Below, in pieces: positions 23,765 through 35,445 of a DNA stretch of 64,000 nt (its first letter is position 1; the number at the start of each line of letters is the position of its first letter). The stretch comes from Macrostomum hystrix (Eukaryota > Animalia > Platyhelminthes), in contig CATNEN010000025.1 in the NCBI GenBank assembly GCA_950097015.1, forward strand, positions 3,968,001-4,032,000, written 5' to 3'. The notes below the pieces were generated by a model. That model was not told the origin of the DNA, ran no database searches, and saw only the letters and a program-made list of their open reading frames with translations. The position numbers and the translations under genes are program-made.

Positions 23765-24392
23765 ATGGAACACAGAGCACTGTTCACTCACATGACACTG
23801 GAACACAGAGCACTGTTCACTCACATGACACTGGAACACAGAGCACTGTTCACTCACATGACACTGGAACACAGAGCACTGTTCACTCACATGACACTGG
23901 AACACAGAGCACTGTTCACTCACATGACACTGGAACACAGAGCACTGTTCACTCACATGACACTGGAACACAGAGCACTGTATATTCACATGACACTGGA
24001 ACACAGAGCACTGTTCACTCACATGACACTGGAATACAGAGCACTGTTCACTCACATGACACTGGAACACAGAGCACTGTTCACTCACATGACACTGGAA
24101 CACAGAGCACTGTTCACTCACATGACACTGGAACACAGAGCACTGTATACTCACATGACACTGGAACACAGAGCACTGTTCACTCACATGACACTGGAAC
24201 ACAGAGCACTGTTCACTCACATGACACTGGAACACAGAGCACTGTTCACTCACATGACACTGGAACACAGAGCACTGTATATTCACATGACACTGGAACA
24301 CAGAGCACTGTTCACTCACATGACACTGGAATACAGAGCACTGTTCACTCACATGACACTGGAACACAGAGCACTGTTCACTCACATGACAC
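23765..24392. repeat. 33-bp minisatellite (ggaacacagagcactgttcactcacatgacact), ~19 copies
   Basis: Direct. Confidence 0.95.
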
Positions 24393-25503
24393 AGGAAATT
24401 CCAAACACCGAATGACATTCCATAGGAAACACCCACGCGGCTAGTAGCGGGTAGTGTAGGCAGCCATAGAGACAAGCGACATAAGTACAATAGCAGTGAG
24501 ACGGCAGCTCAGTCCAGAACATTTCTCGGGTAATTACGAGTATCTTCCACATCTTCAATCTGCTGGGAGATAATTTGATGGCGAGGATTTCGCAGGGAAA
24601 GCCGCCCGTCAGATGGGGCAATAAGATTTTGCGTGCACAAATTCAAGCAGCTATAGCAAGTGTTGCAGCACTACACTAATGTAGTGTGCATTTGTACAAT
24701 AATAGTACGCAAGCAAAAGATTTGTCGTGTGGTTTGACTGAACAGAAATGCTACTTAATTCATCAGGAAATCTTTTTTTAGATTCCGATATGACTGCATT
24801 GAAAAGTGCAAGTTAGTAACTTTTAGATTTATGCTTTAGTTGCATTTTAGCTCTATGTATTTTTATGCTTTTTATGCAGGAACTTTTCACTTGTAAACTT
24901 GGTACAGCTAGCTAGGTAAGGCGCTAAATTTACATAAGAATAAACGAAAGAAACAAGAAAATATTGAAAATTAAATCAAATGTCTCGTTTCACCTCAAAG
25001 ATAAGAGGTGGCGCGTCGTTTCACCTCACCTCACCTCACCTCAATTTATAAGAAAAGGTTGGCAATTGAGGCCCAAGCAGTTGGCCGGAGAAGCGATTTT
25101 CTCGCCGCACAGACAGCCGATAGGCTTCAGCGAATTCCATCACATAGTTACTGCGCCTCATATCTTCTCGTCTCTTTGCCAGCGTTGTTGTTTTTGGGGC
25201 TGATTTATTAATTGGCTCAATACATTGCACTACACTTTCCTGTAACTCGTTCGTACTCTATGGCCTAGCCTAAATGATTCGCAGCTTTGCTGATATCGCT
25301 TTTGTCAGCCAAGCCGAGAATAAAGTCAAAGAATAACGTTGAGAATCCCCACATTCACTGCATGCAGTAGCAGCTATTGCCATAGAACTACACTCGAACA
25401 TAGACAAAAAAGCAAATTAAGTGGAGAATTCCATTAAAAATCAAAACAAATGTTACCAAAACACTCGGGAATCGTTTTGATGTGGAATTGAAAGTGAATT
25501 GAA

Positions 25504-25883
25504 GTAATAATAATAAAATAATAATTTATAATTGCAGGAGGGCTGCGAGCAGTGGCCCATCATTTAGTGACACTAGACCAGCAGCCAGCGAGGAGGCAAT
25601 TCTGCCCATTTCGCTGACTCCTGAGCACACAAGCACACAGATACTGTACGCAGGCACACGCTCACACAGGTGTGTACATCTGCCCTTACTTTCTCATCGT
25701 CAGGCAGTGAACATGTCACTGTGCCTTGGAGGTTGGCCCTCAAGGGCGTAAATTGCACGACAAGCCCCCAAAGCCTTCTCTCCGCGGCTGCGCCCCAAAT
25801 AAATGTGGCCTCGCCGTGGAATCGAACTTAGGGACCGTGGTGCGAGAGGCAAACGCGATAACCGCTCTGCCACCGACCCCTTT
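25504..25883 (-). mobile_element. tRNA-derived SINE, family B
   Basis: Minus-strand head ggggtcggtggcagagcgg...aagttcgattcc (A and B boxes); (TTA)-rich tail; 19-bp direct repeat gaattgaaagtgaattgaa at 25485-25503 and 25884-25902; second copy at ~48030-48348. Confidence 0.8.
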
Positions 25884-26508
25884 GAATTGAAAGTGAATTG
25901 AAAGTGACGAGCTTTTAAAAAATGACAAAGCTAGATTTATTATAGTCTATGGCCATAGGATAGCTTGGAATCAACTTGATTAGCTTATTTGTCTATGGTA
26001 TGGTTGAGTGTAGTTCTATGACAGTGGCTGCTTTTGCGGTGAATTGGGAACGTGGTTGACTTTATTTAGGACTTGCCTGGGCAAAAGCGATATTTTTAGA
26101 AACACCGCCAATACCATATTAACAGGTGCAGAGCTGATTGGCGTACTGTCAATACAGAGGATAACTAACGAAACAAAAATGCTTATTGGTCTATTAATAA
26201 TCAAACGGTGAGTCTTAATATTACTATTTTCTGCTGACATAGACCCATACGAGCTATGGCGAAGCGCTAGGAGAATTTCTCGAAAAAATTTAACTCGTAG
26301 AATAAATTTAAGCTTCTAAACAGTTGAATTTAATTAAATTCATTAAAACTTAAATCGATTTTAATGAAAATCCCAATAAAATACATCATTTTGACCACCA
26401 TTCTATAGCTTTTTAACTTGCACTATTAAAGATAATTTCGGCTCACATCGTCCAATCCAACTCCGATTCGAGTGACTTCGCTGGTAGTTGGCCTATTTTG
26501 ACGGTCCA

Positions 26509-27748
26509 TCAAATTCGCGCTGAGATTTCTGAAAAGTTGATTGATGTACTGGTATAATTAGCTGCTTTCAGTGCTTATTGTTTTGGTGGCTAAATAGGTA
26601 AATTTATAGAGCTATTTTTAGCAACCACGAACATCAGCACGCGATTGACCCGTGATCAGACATTCCGCAACAGCATTTTTGGGTACTATTTTTAGAACAC
26701 AAGGTCAGCGTAGCATGAGATTAGGTCGTGATTCTATTATAATCGATAAAAGCATTAATAATACTTACTCTCGTCCATCTTCAAGTTCGTTGGTCATCTC
26801 CTTTGTAGAGAACTGGTGACTCAATTCTGCGTCCTCAGCTGAATCGTCGGACTGGGAAAATTAAACCGTTATTTCGAATGTAAGTTTTAAAAAGGGAGAC
26901 GTTTGCCATTTCTTTTTTTGTCGACTTCAAATTTAAATCACAAACGACAGACTGAAAAACGAAATCTCACAGCAAAAGCCAGAATTTCCTCGAGTGTAAA
27001 TGACGTCTTTTTCAACACTTTATTTTTATCTTGATCTCCTCGTTGAGCTCGCACGCTCGCGTCCATCCTGTTAGTCGAAGCGTGCAGAGTTCCCCTTAAA
27101 AGCAGTTCATCCTTGGTCACCACTTGGTTCGAGTTGTCTAGGCGGCTAGCTAAAAATAATTGACAGTATTTTTATATTGGAGACATATCTAACTAATGTA
27201 AGTAGCGATGGGCGAAATGCTCACAATTTTAATCCCATTTCTAACGACCATTCGTTCCCAGATTCTACTCTCATTTCTACCAACGGCCCTTGCCCAGTCC
27301 TACTCCAACCTATACTCTGGACAATCTACTCTAATCTACTCAACTTAACTCTAATATGCTCCAATCTACTCCAATCTAATCTAGTCTACTCTAATCTACC
27401 CCAATCTACTCTCATCTACTCTAATCTACTCTAATCTACTTCAATCTACTCTAGTAGATTCAATCCAATCTACTTATCTTTCATAGCTAGCTACTCACGC
27501 CAGTTCCTTCTGATCGCGTAGTTGCAGTCATCCTCCGGATCCCTCTTTGGATATCGAATACGCTGGTAGAGGAATACGGCAAGGTAGGCTAGCATGAGCA
27601 GCACCATAATGACAATGAATATGATGGCTAGAATGATGGGATCATTTCCCCTATGCTGCTCCCTTGACTCCATCAGCCTGTTGTAAAAGCCGCCAGGAAG
27701 TCGTTGGTAGTGCAGTGTTTTCCAGACTTTTGTAAGTGTGGCATTCAT
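26509..27748 (-). CDS. Orphan single-pass membrane protein, ~179 aa, 4 exons
   Basis: Phase-consistent exons 27499-27748, 26971-27137, 26769-26851 and 26509-26548 (last least certain). TM helix PIILAIIFIVIMVLLMLAYLAVFLY followed by QRIRYPKR. Confidence 0.65.
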
Positions 27749-27919
27749 TTGCAATCAGCTATATTCGCGATTCTCGATCAGTCAAGGTCTCGGCTATTGA
27801 ACTAAGTGAGCGTAAGACTTCTTTAAACATGATTAGTTTATAATATCTGCAATATGCGAAATGTGTCTATGGCTATTAGAGCATTGAATACTATGAGTAA
27901 TACAGATATGAATATGCTA

Positions 27920-29345
27920 AGCTTGCTGTCATAATACCAGCTTGCTGTCTTAATACCAGCTTGCTGTCTTAATACCAGCTTGCTGTCTTAACACCAGCTT
28001 GCTGTCATAATACCAGCTTGCTGTCTTAACACCAGCTTGCTGTCATAATACCAGCTTGCTGTCATAACACCAGCTTGCTGTCTTAACACCAGCTTGCTGT
28101 CTTAACACCAGCTTGCTGTCTTAATACCAGCTTGCTGTCTTAATACCAGCTTGCTGTCTTAATACCAGCTTGCTGTCTTAATACTAGCTTGCTGTCTTAA
28201 TGCCAGCTTGCTGTCTTAACACCAGCTTGCTGTCTTAACACCAGCTTGCTTTCTTAAAACCAGCTTGCTGTCTAAATACCAGCTTGCTGTCTTAATACCA
28301 GCTTGCTTTCTTAACACCAGCTTGCTGTCTAAATACCAGCTTGCTGTCTTAATACCAGCTTGCTGTCTTAATACCAGCTTGCTGTCTTAATGCCAGCTTG
28401 CTGTCTTAATGCCAGCTTGCTGTCTTAACACCAGCTTGCTGTCTTAATACCAGCTTGCTGTCTTAATACCAGCTTGCTGTCTTAATGCCAGCTTGCTGTC
28501 TTAATACCAGCTTGCTGTCTTAATACCAGCTTGCTGTCTGAATGCCAGCTTGCTGTCTTAACACCAGCTTGCTGTCTTAATACCAGCTTGCTGTCTTAAT
28601 ACCAGCTTGCTGTCTTAACACCAGCTTGCTGTCTTAATGCCAGCTTGCTGTCTTAATACCAGCTTGCTGTCTTAATACCAGCTTGCTGTCTTAATACCAG
28701 CTTGCTGTCTTAATGCCAGCTTGTTGTCTTAATACCAGCTTGCTGTCTTAACACCAGCTTGCTGTCTTAATACCAGCTTGCTGTCTTAATACCAGCTTGC
28801 TGTCTTAATGCCAGCTTGCTGTCTTAATACCAGCTTGCTGTCTTAATACCAGCTTGCTGTCTTAATACCAGCTTGCTGTCTTAATACCAGCTTGCTGTCT
28901 TAACACCAGCTTGCTGTCTTAACACCAGCTTGCTGTCTTAACACCAGCTTGCTGTCTTAATACCAGCTTGCTGTCTTAATACCAGCTTGCTGTCCTAATA
29001 CCAGCTTGCTGTCTTAACACCAGCTTGCTGTCTTAACACCAGCTTGCTGTCTTAACACCAGCTTGCTGTCTTAACACCAGCTTGCTGTCTTAACACCAGC
29101 TTGCTGTCCTAATACCAGCTTGCTGTCTTAATACCAGCTTGCTGTCTTAATACCAGCTTGCTGTCTTAATGCCAGCTTGCTGTCTTAATGCCAGCTTGCT
29201 GTCTTAACACCAGCTTGCTGTCTTAATACCAGCTTGCTGTCTTAATACCAGCTTGCTGTCTTAATACCAGCTTGCTGTCTTAATACCAGCTTGCTGTCTT
29301 AATACCAGCTTGCTGTCTTAATACCAGCTTGCTGTCTTACTAGCT
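27920..29345. repeat. 19-bp minisatellite (taccagcttgctgtcttaa), ~75 copies
   Basis: Direct; consecutive units at 27961 and 27980. Confidence 0.95.
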
Positions 29346-29948
29346 TCTACTCACCCTCCTATAGGCTTCCTGTTACCTTCCTATCAGCTTTCTGTATATT
29401 TTATAGCCTCAAGATTCTTCGAAATAACAAAGAATAACAAGCTAGTCGTAAAATCTCGATTTCTGACGGCCAAGCTCTTTAAGCGTTTGAAAAGCGCTTA
29501 CATCGGTGCTCCTTTCAATCAGCGACCTTCACCTGCATTTCGACCCACCCAGCGCTCAAAATAGACCTGAGCGAGCCAGACCGGCTGACCTGACGGCCTG
29601 GAAAGCAATGACGCAGAGACCGAGAACCTATGCACCCTATCAGCCTGCGAACTCGTGCCTAGAATGCTCGCGGCTGGTGTGTTGGGTTGGGGAACATGGC
29701 AACGCGGGGCAGAGAGATAACTGCTTGTCTGTTATCTGTTATATCTCTCTCTCGGACCCCCCCCTACTGCTAAACACTGTGCCTTATCGCTTGAATATAA
29801 AATACACTGCTTCGTAGATATGCTCCTGCACTGAAGCTTTGAGATGTGAGTCTCACACTCATAATTGTTGGCCTCTGTGGTCAGTACGAGTTCAAGTCTT
29901 TCGGTTAGTGTCGGCAGAAGGTAGCAGGCAGCAAGAAAACCTGCTATA

Positions 29949-29997
29949 TCTGACCGGGAGTCGAACCCGGGCCACCTGGGTGAAAACCAGGGATCCT
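29949..29997 (-). pseudogene. Truncated tRNA-Glu(TTC) fragment
   Basis: Minus strand aggatccctggttTTCacccaggtggcccgggttcgactcccggtcaga matches the anticodon arm, T arm and 3' stem of tRNA-Glu; the 5' acceptor strand and most of the D arm are absent. Confidence 0.7.
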
Positions 29998-30261
29998 GGT
30001 TTGATTGATTATTGATTATTGATTGTTGATTGAAATTGAAGTTGAAATTGATTATTAAGGAATAACATTTATACGTTATTACAAACCTCGCTTCTGTTTA
30101 ACTAAATTTCAATCGAATTTTAGAAGTCAATAATAAGCAGATAGGCAAAAGCAACAAGTACGCCGGAGAGAAATTAGGAGGATGTTTAGGAAAATAAGTT
30201 GAGAGATGAAGTAAAACGTATTGGAAACTCGCATATTTTGGACACCTTTCCAGCACTTACC

Positions 30262-30591
30262 ATGGCCGACAAAGACTACAACCCCCGCCCCGGACAAAAA
30301 TTCGTGGACGTCGACATCCGGGGGCGGCCGGTGGTGAAGGCCGACGCGGCCACCCAGGTGACTGCGGAAGAGATTGATGGCGGCCTGACGACCGCCACAT
30401 CTACTTCCGACCTCCAGGCCCTGTACCTGGAGGACTGCTATAAAACTATACAGGCACAAGGCACCTGGGTGGCGCAGGGTGTCTATCAGTCCGAACCGGC
30501 ATCTAAATATCCGCCATGGCCAACAATTAGAAGTCTCCGGCGGTACTACCGGAAAGAGTACCCGGAGCCGCCGGAGGGTGGACAATTTTAA
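30262..30591 (+). CDS. Intronless orphan protein, ~109 aa (MADKDYNPRPGQKF...EGGQF)
   Basis: accATGG Kozak context; GC-rich coding-like island in AT-rich flanks; no family recognised. Confidence 0.55.
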   Translation: MADKDYNPRPGQKFVDVDIRGRPVVKADAATQVTAEEIDGGLTTATSTSDLQALYLEDCYKTIQAQGTWVAQGVYQSEPASKYPPWPTIRSLRRYYRKEYPEPPEGGQF

Positions 30592-31860
30592 CTATCTAAT
30601 GAACTCTGGACTAAATATAATTACTTATTTAACTTCTTCATAGAGTTTCAGATTTCAACGTCTTATATGTTTACAAGGCTACTAGAAGTAGGACGATTAG
30701 CAACGAGAATAAGGCAATAAGCTGCATCTCCCTTGACCAGCCAAGGATTTCTTCACAAGGGGGATGATACGAGTATAAGACTTAGAAATCTGAAAAGAAC
30801 TTAAGAGAAAACTTTCGCCTAGAGGTCAAGCAACTAAGAATAGACAGATTAGACAAACACTCGCCCCGAGTTTTCACTTTCATTCCAGCGCAACACAGCA
30901 CGGCCCAAACTGGACCTGGTACGGCCCGACACGACACGGCCCGGCCTAATCTGACCTGATCCTGCCCGACGTCGGTCCAACGCGATCTGGACCTGCCTGG
31001 ACTTACCCGACCGGGCACGGCCTGATGCAACCTGGCCCGGTCCTGCCTGCGATATCAGAGCCGGCCTGGGCCCTATCTGGAGAGGAGAAGACCGAGAGCA
31101 CCCAAGAAGATCTGATTGACGACGGCGACAACAAACATTAGACACCATAGAAACGGGAACTTTTCCTAACTCAACCAACACGTTTAGGCCTTTGACCCGC
31201 CCTCCATAGGACAGGGGTTGGCGTGCCTGCCAACCAAGTATTCTAATGTTTTGTGCTGAATTGGACTCAGGGCTGCGACCCCACTCGACCCATTATCACT
31301 AAGCGCTCTGTTGATAAAGTTTTATCACCCCTCCAAGGGAGGGATTTTCAAACAATATATAAATGGAAGCGGAGCGCGGGAAAAAGAACCGCCGCTGTCT
31401 CTGAGCTCTATTAAGTTAGCAATTTAATACAACTTACTGCGTTTGAGTTCTATCTTCATTGAATTCCGAGAGAGGAATCCGGGAGAGACCGCAGCAGTCA
31501 GCCGAAGAGCGATAGTCGTTAGGAGTTATAGCCTTCAAGACAAGAGACTGCAACAGACCGCTAGACTACACTGATACGAGAGAGACGACAAAACTTGAAG
31601 TGCTGTAAGCTCCATGTCCTGAGAAAAAACTAATCCTGTCAGGTGTGTGCTCACAAGTCCAGTAGAGTAAAGAGAATGGCGTGACAACTGATAGTCAATT
31701 TACATTTTTTGCTGTAAACTAGCCTTTAAGGGTACTGTTTCCCTAGCAATAATTCTATTAATTAACACAGATTCGCTCGTATAGCATTAAATTTTTTGTG
31801 ATAAAAGGGAAGATTGTGTTGTGCATATTCTACAACCTGCACCTGCATCGGCCCTGAGTC

Positions 31861-34308
31861 ATGCCGATCGTCTCATTGTGTCGCTCGCTGTTCCGTCGAC
31901 CGAGTATTCAGCCGCTATACAGCTGCGATGTTGAGCCGCGTCCGGGATGGCCCGGTGGAGCAGCGTTCGAGCACCATGAGGCAACGAATGAGTCTAAGAC
32001 TGCAATCCCGGTGTCTCAGCCTACAAACCCGGTGTCTCAGCCTACAAACCCGGTGTCTCAGCCTACAAACCCGGTGTCTCAGCCTACAAACCCGGTGTCT
32101 CAGCCTACAAACCCGGTGTCTCAGCCTACAAACCCGGTGTCTCAGCCTACAAACCCGGTGTCTCAGCCTACAAACCCGGTGTCTCAGCCTACAAACCCGG
32201 TGTCTCAGCCTACAAACCCGGTGTCTCAGCCTACAAACCCGGTGTCTCAGCCTACAAACCCGGTGTCTCAGCTAACAAACCCGGTGTCTCAGCCTACAAA
32301 CCCGGTGTCTCAGCCTACAAACCCGGTGTCTCAGCCTACAAACCCGGTGTCTCAGCCTACAAACCCGGTGTCTCAGCCTACAAACCCGGTGTCTCAGCCT
32401 ACAAACCCGGTGTCTCAGCCTACAAACCCGGTGTCTCAGCCTACAAACCCGGTGTCTCAGCTAACAAACACGGTGTCTCAGCCTACAAACCCGGTGTCTC
32501 AGCCTACAAACCCGGTGTCTCAGCCTACAAACCCGGTGTCTCAGCCTACAAACCCGGTGTCTCAGCCTACAAACCCGGTGTCTCAGCCTACAAACCCGGT
32601 GTCTCAGCCTACAAACCCGGTGTCTCAGCTAACAAACACGGTGTCTCAGCTTACAAACCCGGTGTCTCAGCCTACAAACCCGCTGTCTCTGCCTACAAAC
32701 CCGGTGTCTCAGCCTACAAACCCGGTGTCTCAGCTAACAAACACGGTGTCTCAGCCTACAAACCCGGTGTCTCAGCCTACAAACCCGGTGTCTCTGCCTA
32801 CAAACCCGGTGTCTCTACCTACAAACCCAGTGTCTCTGCCTACAAACCCGGTGTCTCTGCCTACAAACCCGGTGTCTCAGCTTACAAACCCGGTGTCTCA
32901 GCCTGTATGTACGGCGCAAGTGACTCAGCCTACATGCACAATACTGGTGTCTCAACCGACTTTTACAACACCGGTTTTTCAGCCTTCATTAGATATTCCT
33001 CAAGAAACTACAGCAGAATTTCAACATATAGCCAATGCAAATGAGCCTGCGAAGCCGATATTCCAAATTCTATTGCCCGACAAAAGGTACATGTCATCTT
33101 TATCGCGCCCCAGATTATCGTTTACTCAATCCAGATCACAGGATTATAGAATTGTACCACAGTCTTCAATCCAAGTATCGCAACCCAGACCACAGGATTC
33201 CAAGGACTCGTCGCAGGTACCGCAACCCAAGCCTCACGGTTCCAAGGACTCGTCGCAGGTACCGCAACCCAGGCCTCACGGTTCCAAGGACTCATCGCAA
33301 GTACCGCAACCCAGAGCTCACGGTTCCAAGGACTCGTCGCAGGTACCGCAACCCAGGCCTCACGGTTCCAAGGACTCGTCGCAGGTACCACAACCCAGGC
33401 CTCACGGTTCCAAGGACTCGTCGCAGGTACCGCAACCCAGAGCTCACGGTTCCAAGGACTCGTCGCAAGTACCGCAACCCAGGCCTCACGGTTCCAAGGA
33501 CTCGTCGCAGGTACCGCAACCCAGGCCTCACGGTTCCAAGGACTCGTCGCAAGTACCGCAACCCAGGCCTCACGGTTCCAAGGACTCGTCGCAGGTACCG
33601 CAACCCAGGCCTCACGGTTCCAAGGACTCGTCGCAGGTACCGCAACCCAGAGCTCACGGTTCCAAGGACTCGTCGCAGGTACCGCTACCCAGGCCTCACG
33701 GTTCCAAGGACTCGTCGCAAGTACCGCAACCCAGAGCTCACGGTTCCAAGGACTCGTCGCAAGTACCGCAACCCAAGCCTCACGGTTCCAAGGACTCGTC
33801 GCAGGTACCGCAACCCAGAGCTCACGGTTCCAAGGACTCGTCGCAGGTACCGCAACCCAGAGCTCACGGTTCCAAGGACTCGTCGCAGGTACCGCAGCCC
33901 AGGCCTCACGGTTCCAAGGACTCGTCGCAAGTACCGCAACCCAAGCCTCACGGTTCCAAGGACTCGTCGCAAGTACCGCAACCCAGAGCTCACGGTTCCA
34001 AGGACTCGTCGCAGGTACCGCTACCCAGGCCTCACGGTTCCAAGGACTCGTCGCAGGTACCGCTACCTAGACCACAGGATTTCCACTGCTGCCTCCGATG
34101 CAGAAGCTCCATCGACCATCCCTCAGAGCACCTTCTTGAAGAGAACACTATGGTGAGAGCGGCCAGTTTGGCAGCCGTGGCTGTCACTGTAGGCTTGTTG
34201 GTCGCTTTAATTATACTCTGGGTTAGAAGCGGCAGTTTTACACCAAACTCTAGTACAGTCGAGTTAAAGAATTTCAACGCAACCTATTGGAACAAGACAT
34301 TGCCATAG
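31861..34308 (+). CDS. 815-aa repeat protein with C-terminal TM helix (possible type II membrane protein)
   Basis: One frame is open through unique N-terminal, central and C-terminal segments plus 21-bp (SQPTNPV) and 42-bp (KDSSQVPQPRPHGS) arrays. TM AASLAAVAVTVGLLVALIILWV, then sequons NSS, NAT, NKT. AATAAA near 34366. Confidence 0.65.
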   Translation: MPIVSLCRSLFRRPSIQPLYSCDVEPRPGWPGGAAFEHHEATNESKTAIPVSQPTNPVSQPTNPVSQPTNPVSQPTNPVSQPTNPVSQPTNPVSQPTNPVSQPTNPVSQPTNPVSQPTNPVSQPTNPVSQPTNPVSQLTNPVSQPTNPVSQPTNPVSQPTNPVSQPTNPVSQPTNPVSQPTNPVSQPTNPVSQPTNPVSQLTNTVSQPTNPVSQPTNPVSQPTNPVSQPTNPVSQPTNPVSQPTNPVSQPTNPVSQLTNTVSQLTNPVSQPTNPLSLPTNPVSQPTNPVSQLTNTVSQPTNPVSQPTNPVSLPTNPVSLPTNPVSLPTNPVSLPTNPVSQLTNPVSQPVCTAQVTQPTCTILVSQPTFTTPVFQPSLDIPQETTAEFQHIANANEPAKPIFQILLPDKRYMSSLSRPRLSFTQSRSQDYRIVPQSSIQVSQPRPQDSKDSSQVPQPKPHGSKDSSQVPQPRPHGSKDSSQVPQPRAHGSKDSSQVPQPRPHGSKDSSQVPQPRPHGSKDSSQVPQPRAHGSKDSSQVPQPRPHGSKDSSQVPQPRPHGSKDSSQVPQPRPHGSKDSSQVPQPRPHGSKDSSQVPQPRAHGSKDSSQVPLPRPHGSKDSSQVPQPRAHGSKDSSQVPQPKPHGSKDSSQVPQPRAHGSKDSSQVPQPRAHGSKDSSQVPQPRPHGSKDSSQVPQPKPHGSKDSSQVPQPRAHGSKDSSQVPLPRPHGSKDSSQVPLPRPQDFHCCLRCRSSIDHPSEHLLEENTMVRAASLAAVAVTVGLLVALIILWVRSGSFTPNSSTVELKNFNATYWNKTLP

Positions 34309-34407
34309 TTTATTTATAAGACACTTGACCTTATGGTCTTGATTTATTTGATAAATGTTTAGTCCAATAAAATATGTCATATTCTTCAACTAGATACTAG
34401 TTGCCCA

Positions 34408-35445
34408 TCATGGCTGTCGAAGTAGACGATTCTGTCGCCTGCCAATCACGCAGAGCCGGTTGGCCGTGATCTCATCAACAGGTCGGCAGGTGTGCCTGGC
34501 CGGCTGGCAACAGTCCAGATGGCTGACGCAATTTACGCCATGCGGGGCGCAACAACGATTTCGTCTGGCGTTACAGTACAGATAGCTGCCACACTCCGTG
34601 TCGGACTGGCAAAACCTGTTCAGGTGCTGCAGTTGCATCTGCCGCCTTGAAGGGGCGGTGAATTGGGATATTCGGACAATTGGGATATTCGGACAATTAG
34701 GATGTTCGGACAATTAGGATATTCGAACAATTAGGGTGTTCGAACGATTAGGATATTCGGACGCATGGCGATTCGGACGATTGGGATATTCTGAGATTTG
34801 CGGATTTTTGGACAATCAGGATACTTGGAAATTTGGAAATTAGACAAAATTCGGATAATTAGGGTCTAAAATATTCTTAGAATTACGATATTTCTAAAAT
34901 TGGGTTATTCCTAGACTTAGGATATTTCTAGAATTAAGATATTCCTAGAATCGGGACATTCCTTGAATTGGGATGTTACTAGAATCGGGATATTCCTAGA
35001 ATTGGGATATTCCTATAATTGGGAAATTCCTAGAATCGAGATGTTTCTAGAATCAGGAGTATTCTTAGAATCGGGAGTATTCTTAGAATCGGGAGTATTC
35101 TAAGAATCGGGAGTATTCTTAGAATCAGGAGTATTCTTAGAATCGGGAGTATTCTTAGAATCGGGAGTATTCTTAGAATCAGGAGTATTCTTAGAATTGG
35201 GATATTCAGAAGATTTAGATATATATTTAAAATTTATTTAAAAGTTACAGTTCCACGATTCGGAGAGAATTTTTAAGTGAAAAGAATCAAAATCTAAAAG
35301 AAGTCTAATTCTAACAAAATACTCACTTCACATAGTGTGAGTCCAGTTGGGAGAGTCTGTTGCTCGAATCCAGAATGACAATCTCATTGTCCGCAGCCAC
35401 AAGCTGCAAAGTGATGAAGGCTAGAACAGCCAGTCGGGCCATCAT
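34408..35445 (-). CDS. Secreted 10-Cys knottin-like peptide precursor, 118 aa, two exons
   Basis: Exon 1 35327-35445 (MMARLAVLAFITLQLVAA signal; AA|gtgagt donor) joins exon 2 34408-34645 in phase 2. The junction creates a KR site, followed by Q...C-x5-C-x5-C-x6-CC-x6-C-x5-CC-x6-C-x11-C-VI-GRR. AATAAA on the minus strand downstream. Confidence 0.75.
34665..35210. repeat. Degenerate 17-bp then 18-bp (tagaatcgggagtattct) arrays inside the peptide-gene intron
   Basis: Direct. Confidence 0.8.

Noticed and set aside
23741-29345. CRISPR-like regularly spaced repeats
   Set aside because: Units are head-to-tail without unique spacers, the context is eukaryotic, and no cas genes are present.
29949-29997. 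Functional tRNA-Glu gene
   Set aside because: The 5' acceptor strand and D arm are missing, so a cloverleaf cannot form.
31310-31686. Possible solo LTR (TG...CA, TATATAAA)
   Set aside because: No target-site duplication and no second copy in the window.
33035-34156. 373-aa Arg-rich alternate-frame ORF
   Set aside because: Explained by the stop-free 42-bp repeat; the 31861 frame covers the unique regions and the TM.
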